DNA from: Candidatus Hermodarchaeota archaeon
GTDB lineage: Archaea > Asgardarchaeota > Hermodarchaeia > Hermodarchaeales > Hermodarchaeaceae
NCBI GenBank assembly: GCA_016840065.1
Contig: JAEOTB010000018.1
Location: 1 to 58,482, forward strand
Direction: 5' to 3'
DNA length: 58,482 nucleotides
The first letter of the stretch is position 1; each line of letters opens with the position of its first letter. The notes beneath the pieces were generated by a model that saw nothing but the letters and a program-made list of their open reading frames with translations, was not told the origin of the DNA and ran no database searches. The translations under genes and the position numbers were made by a program. Positions 56,981-58,482 of the stretch are shown piece by piece.

Positions 56981-58482
56981 TTGTCGACACCAAAGCCTCC
57001 CCTTGAACGTGTGGTTCTTCCTTTTTCAGCTATAGTTAACCACGAGCCTCTCAAGTTAGCCCTCCTGCTCAATGCCGTTAATCCCCGAATTGGTGGACTC
57101 TTAATTTCTGGTCCAAAAGGGACGGGAAAAACTACGATTGTCAGAGCGCTTGCTGCCCTGCTCCCTGAAATTCCTTCTGTAAAGGGGTGTGTCTTCCAAT
57201 GCAATCCCGAGGAATCAATGAATCTCTGCACGTCCTGCAAAGATAAACTCAAAAAAAGGGGGAAGCTGCTTAAGGAGATGCGACGAATGCGTGTCGTCGA
57301 CCTTCCATTAAGCGCGACAGAAGATCGAGTGGTGGGCAGTCTCGATGTAGAACGCGCAATCAGAGAAGGTATAGCCGCTCTAAAGCCTGGAATCATGGCT
57401 TCTGCCAACCAAATGATTCTCTATATCGACGAAATCAACTTACTCCCTGATCACTTGGTAGATGCATTGTTAGATGCGGCTGCCACTGGAATCAACGTAG
57501 TCGAGCGGGAAGGCATTTCTGTCAGTCACCCTGCCCAGTTCATTTTCCTAGGCTCTATGAATCCAGAAGAGGGTGAGCTAAGACCTCAACTACTGGACAG
57601 GTTTCCCCTAAGTGTATCCATCGAACGTCCATTCTCGGTTGAGGAGAGAATCGATATCATCAAATTAAATCTCGATTTTGACAGAGACCCCGAAGAACTT
57701 CGTGCTCAATACAAAGACGAAGAAGCCAAAATCCGAGAAGAAATCGTTGAAGCCCGAAAACGAATACCCGAAGTGAAGGTTCCCGACCAGATAATGCAGG
57801 CTATCGCCTATATGTGCTCAAAATTACTCGTCGATGGTGTAAGACCTGACATCGTTATCGCCAAAGCTGCCATGGCATATGCAGCGCTGGACGGACGAGT
57901 AGAAGTTACCATGGAAGACGTACAAGTTGTTTCACATCTTGCCCTCGGTCACCGAACTCGTCAGAGGGGCATTCTTGAACCTCCCACCAGAGAGGGTATT
58001 ATTGCCGCTTTGACTGAAGCACGAAAAAAAGCGGTCTCTGAAGACCCGAGAGGTCGGGTCCAAGCAGAGCGAATGAAAGAGGAGCGCAGCAGTCTCCTAC
58101 AGAAGATTAAACGATTCCACTCAGTAAAAGACCAGGAACAAGGCGAACGCCACCAAGGACGGTCACCTAGGCGAAGGCCTGGAGGACGTATATCATGGAC
58201 CGGCTTTGTCTGCTTCTATATTGTCCTAGCAGCTGCCTTTAGCATCTTGCTATCAATGTTGTTACCTTTCCTCTTCCCCGCTAGCATAGTACTAGGGGGG
58301 TTGATGGCTGCAGGTCTACTCGCGCTCTTTGAAAGAGTGCTTAGACATGCAGGGCGCCCTGGGTTCATCATGCCAACCACCACTAGTGGAGGAAGTCCAC
58401 CAGGCGGGAGAGGGAAGTTTAAGCGTGCAACTCACAAGGGATCCTCCCAGTCATCGCCAACAACAGCGGCTGCCCCACCATC
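56981..58482 (+). CDS. Mg/Co-chelatase ChlI/ChlD-like AAA+ ATPase with a TM hairpin (runs off window end)
   Basis: Not in ORF track. Manual translation PFSAIV...[15 protein letters not shown]...[11 protein letters not shown]...YIDEINLL...[17 protein letters not shown]; hydrophobic hairpin at about 58195-58330. Confidence 0.88.
   Translation, partial: MSTPKPPLERVVLPFSAIVNHEPLKLALLLNAVNPRIGGLLISGPKGTGKTTIVRALAALLPEIPSVKGCVFQCNPEESMNLCTSCKDKLKKRGKLLKEMRRMRVVDLPLSATEDRVVGSLDVERAIREGIAALKPGIMASANQMILYIDEINLLPDHLVDALLDAAATGINVVEREGISVSHPAQFIFLGSMNPEEGELRPQLLDRFPLSVSIERPFSVEERIDIIKLNLDFDRDPEELRAQYKDEEAKIREEIVEARKRIPEVKVPDQIMQAIAYMCSKLLVDGVRPDIVIAKAAMAYAALDGRVEVTMEDVQVVSHLALGHRTRQRGILEPPTREGIIAALTEARKKAVSEDPRGRVQAERMKEERSSLLQKIKRFHSVKDQEQGERHQGRSPRRRPGGRISWTGFVCFYIVLAAAFSILLSMLLPFLFPASIVLGGLMAAGLLALFERVLRHAGRPGFIMPTTTSGGSPPGGRGKFKRATHKGSSQSSPTTAAAPP

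Noticed and set aside
56977-57408. 143-aa minus-strand ORF
   Set aside because: Antisense shadow of the chelatase-like AAA+ gene, which has clear motifs on the plus strand
1-58482. tRNA, rRNA, transposase, integrase or prophage genes
   Set aside because: None recognised by eye; a tRNAscan/Infernal run would be needed to exclude small RNAs

Overview
Archaeal chromosomal window, most likely from an Asgard archaeon. This is inferred from a two-domain gelsolin-like gene, archaeal H4MPT/MFR C1 enzymes and GAGGTG/GGTGA-type Shine-Dalgarno sites; no mcr genes are in view. The backbone is a dispersed tetrahydromethanopterin/methanofuran C1 and cofactor neighbourhood (mch, fwdC, ftr, fwdA, fwdD, fwdB, cofE, an MptN/RimK-like ligase, mobA). 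Interleaved with it are copper and arsenic resistance modules, sdaAB/sdaAA, a four-subunit 2-oxoacid:ferredoxin oxidoreductase and housekeeping genes. Best candidates for undescribed systems: (1) an ECF transporter operon divergent from fwdA carrying three Cys-less sulfite-oxidase/molybdopterin-binding-like extracellular domains, a possible pterin/Mo-W-cofactor scavenger; (2) two paralogous ~470-aa double-wHTH regulators, each facing an AT-rich structured intergenic region, one of which encodes an unannotated 13-aa Pro-rich peptide (MNPPPLDPKPDPW) with a perfect SD, a possible peptide/regulator signalling module; (3) an atypical radical SAM + UbiA pair inserted between fwdC and ftr; (4) several tandem paralog sets of unknown function. 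Several start codons were re-called from SD position, and three genes missing from the ORF track were added. All assignments come from motif recognition by eye; no searches were run.
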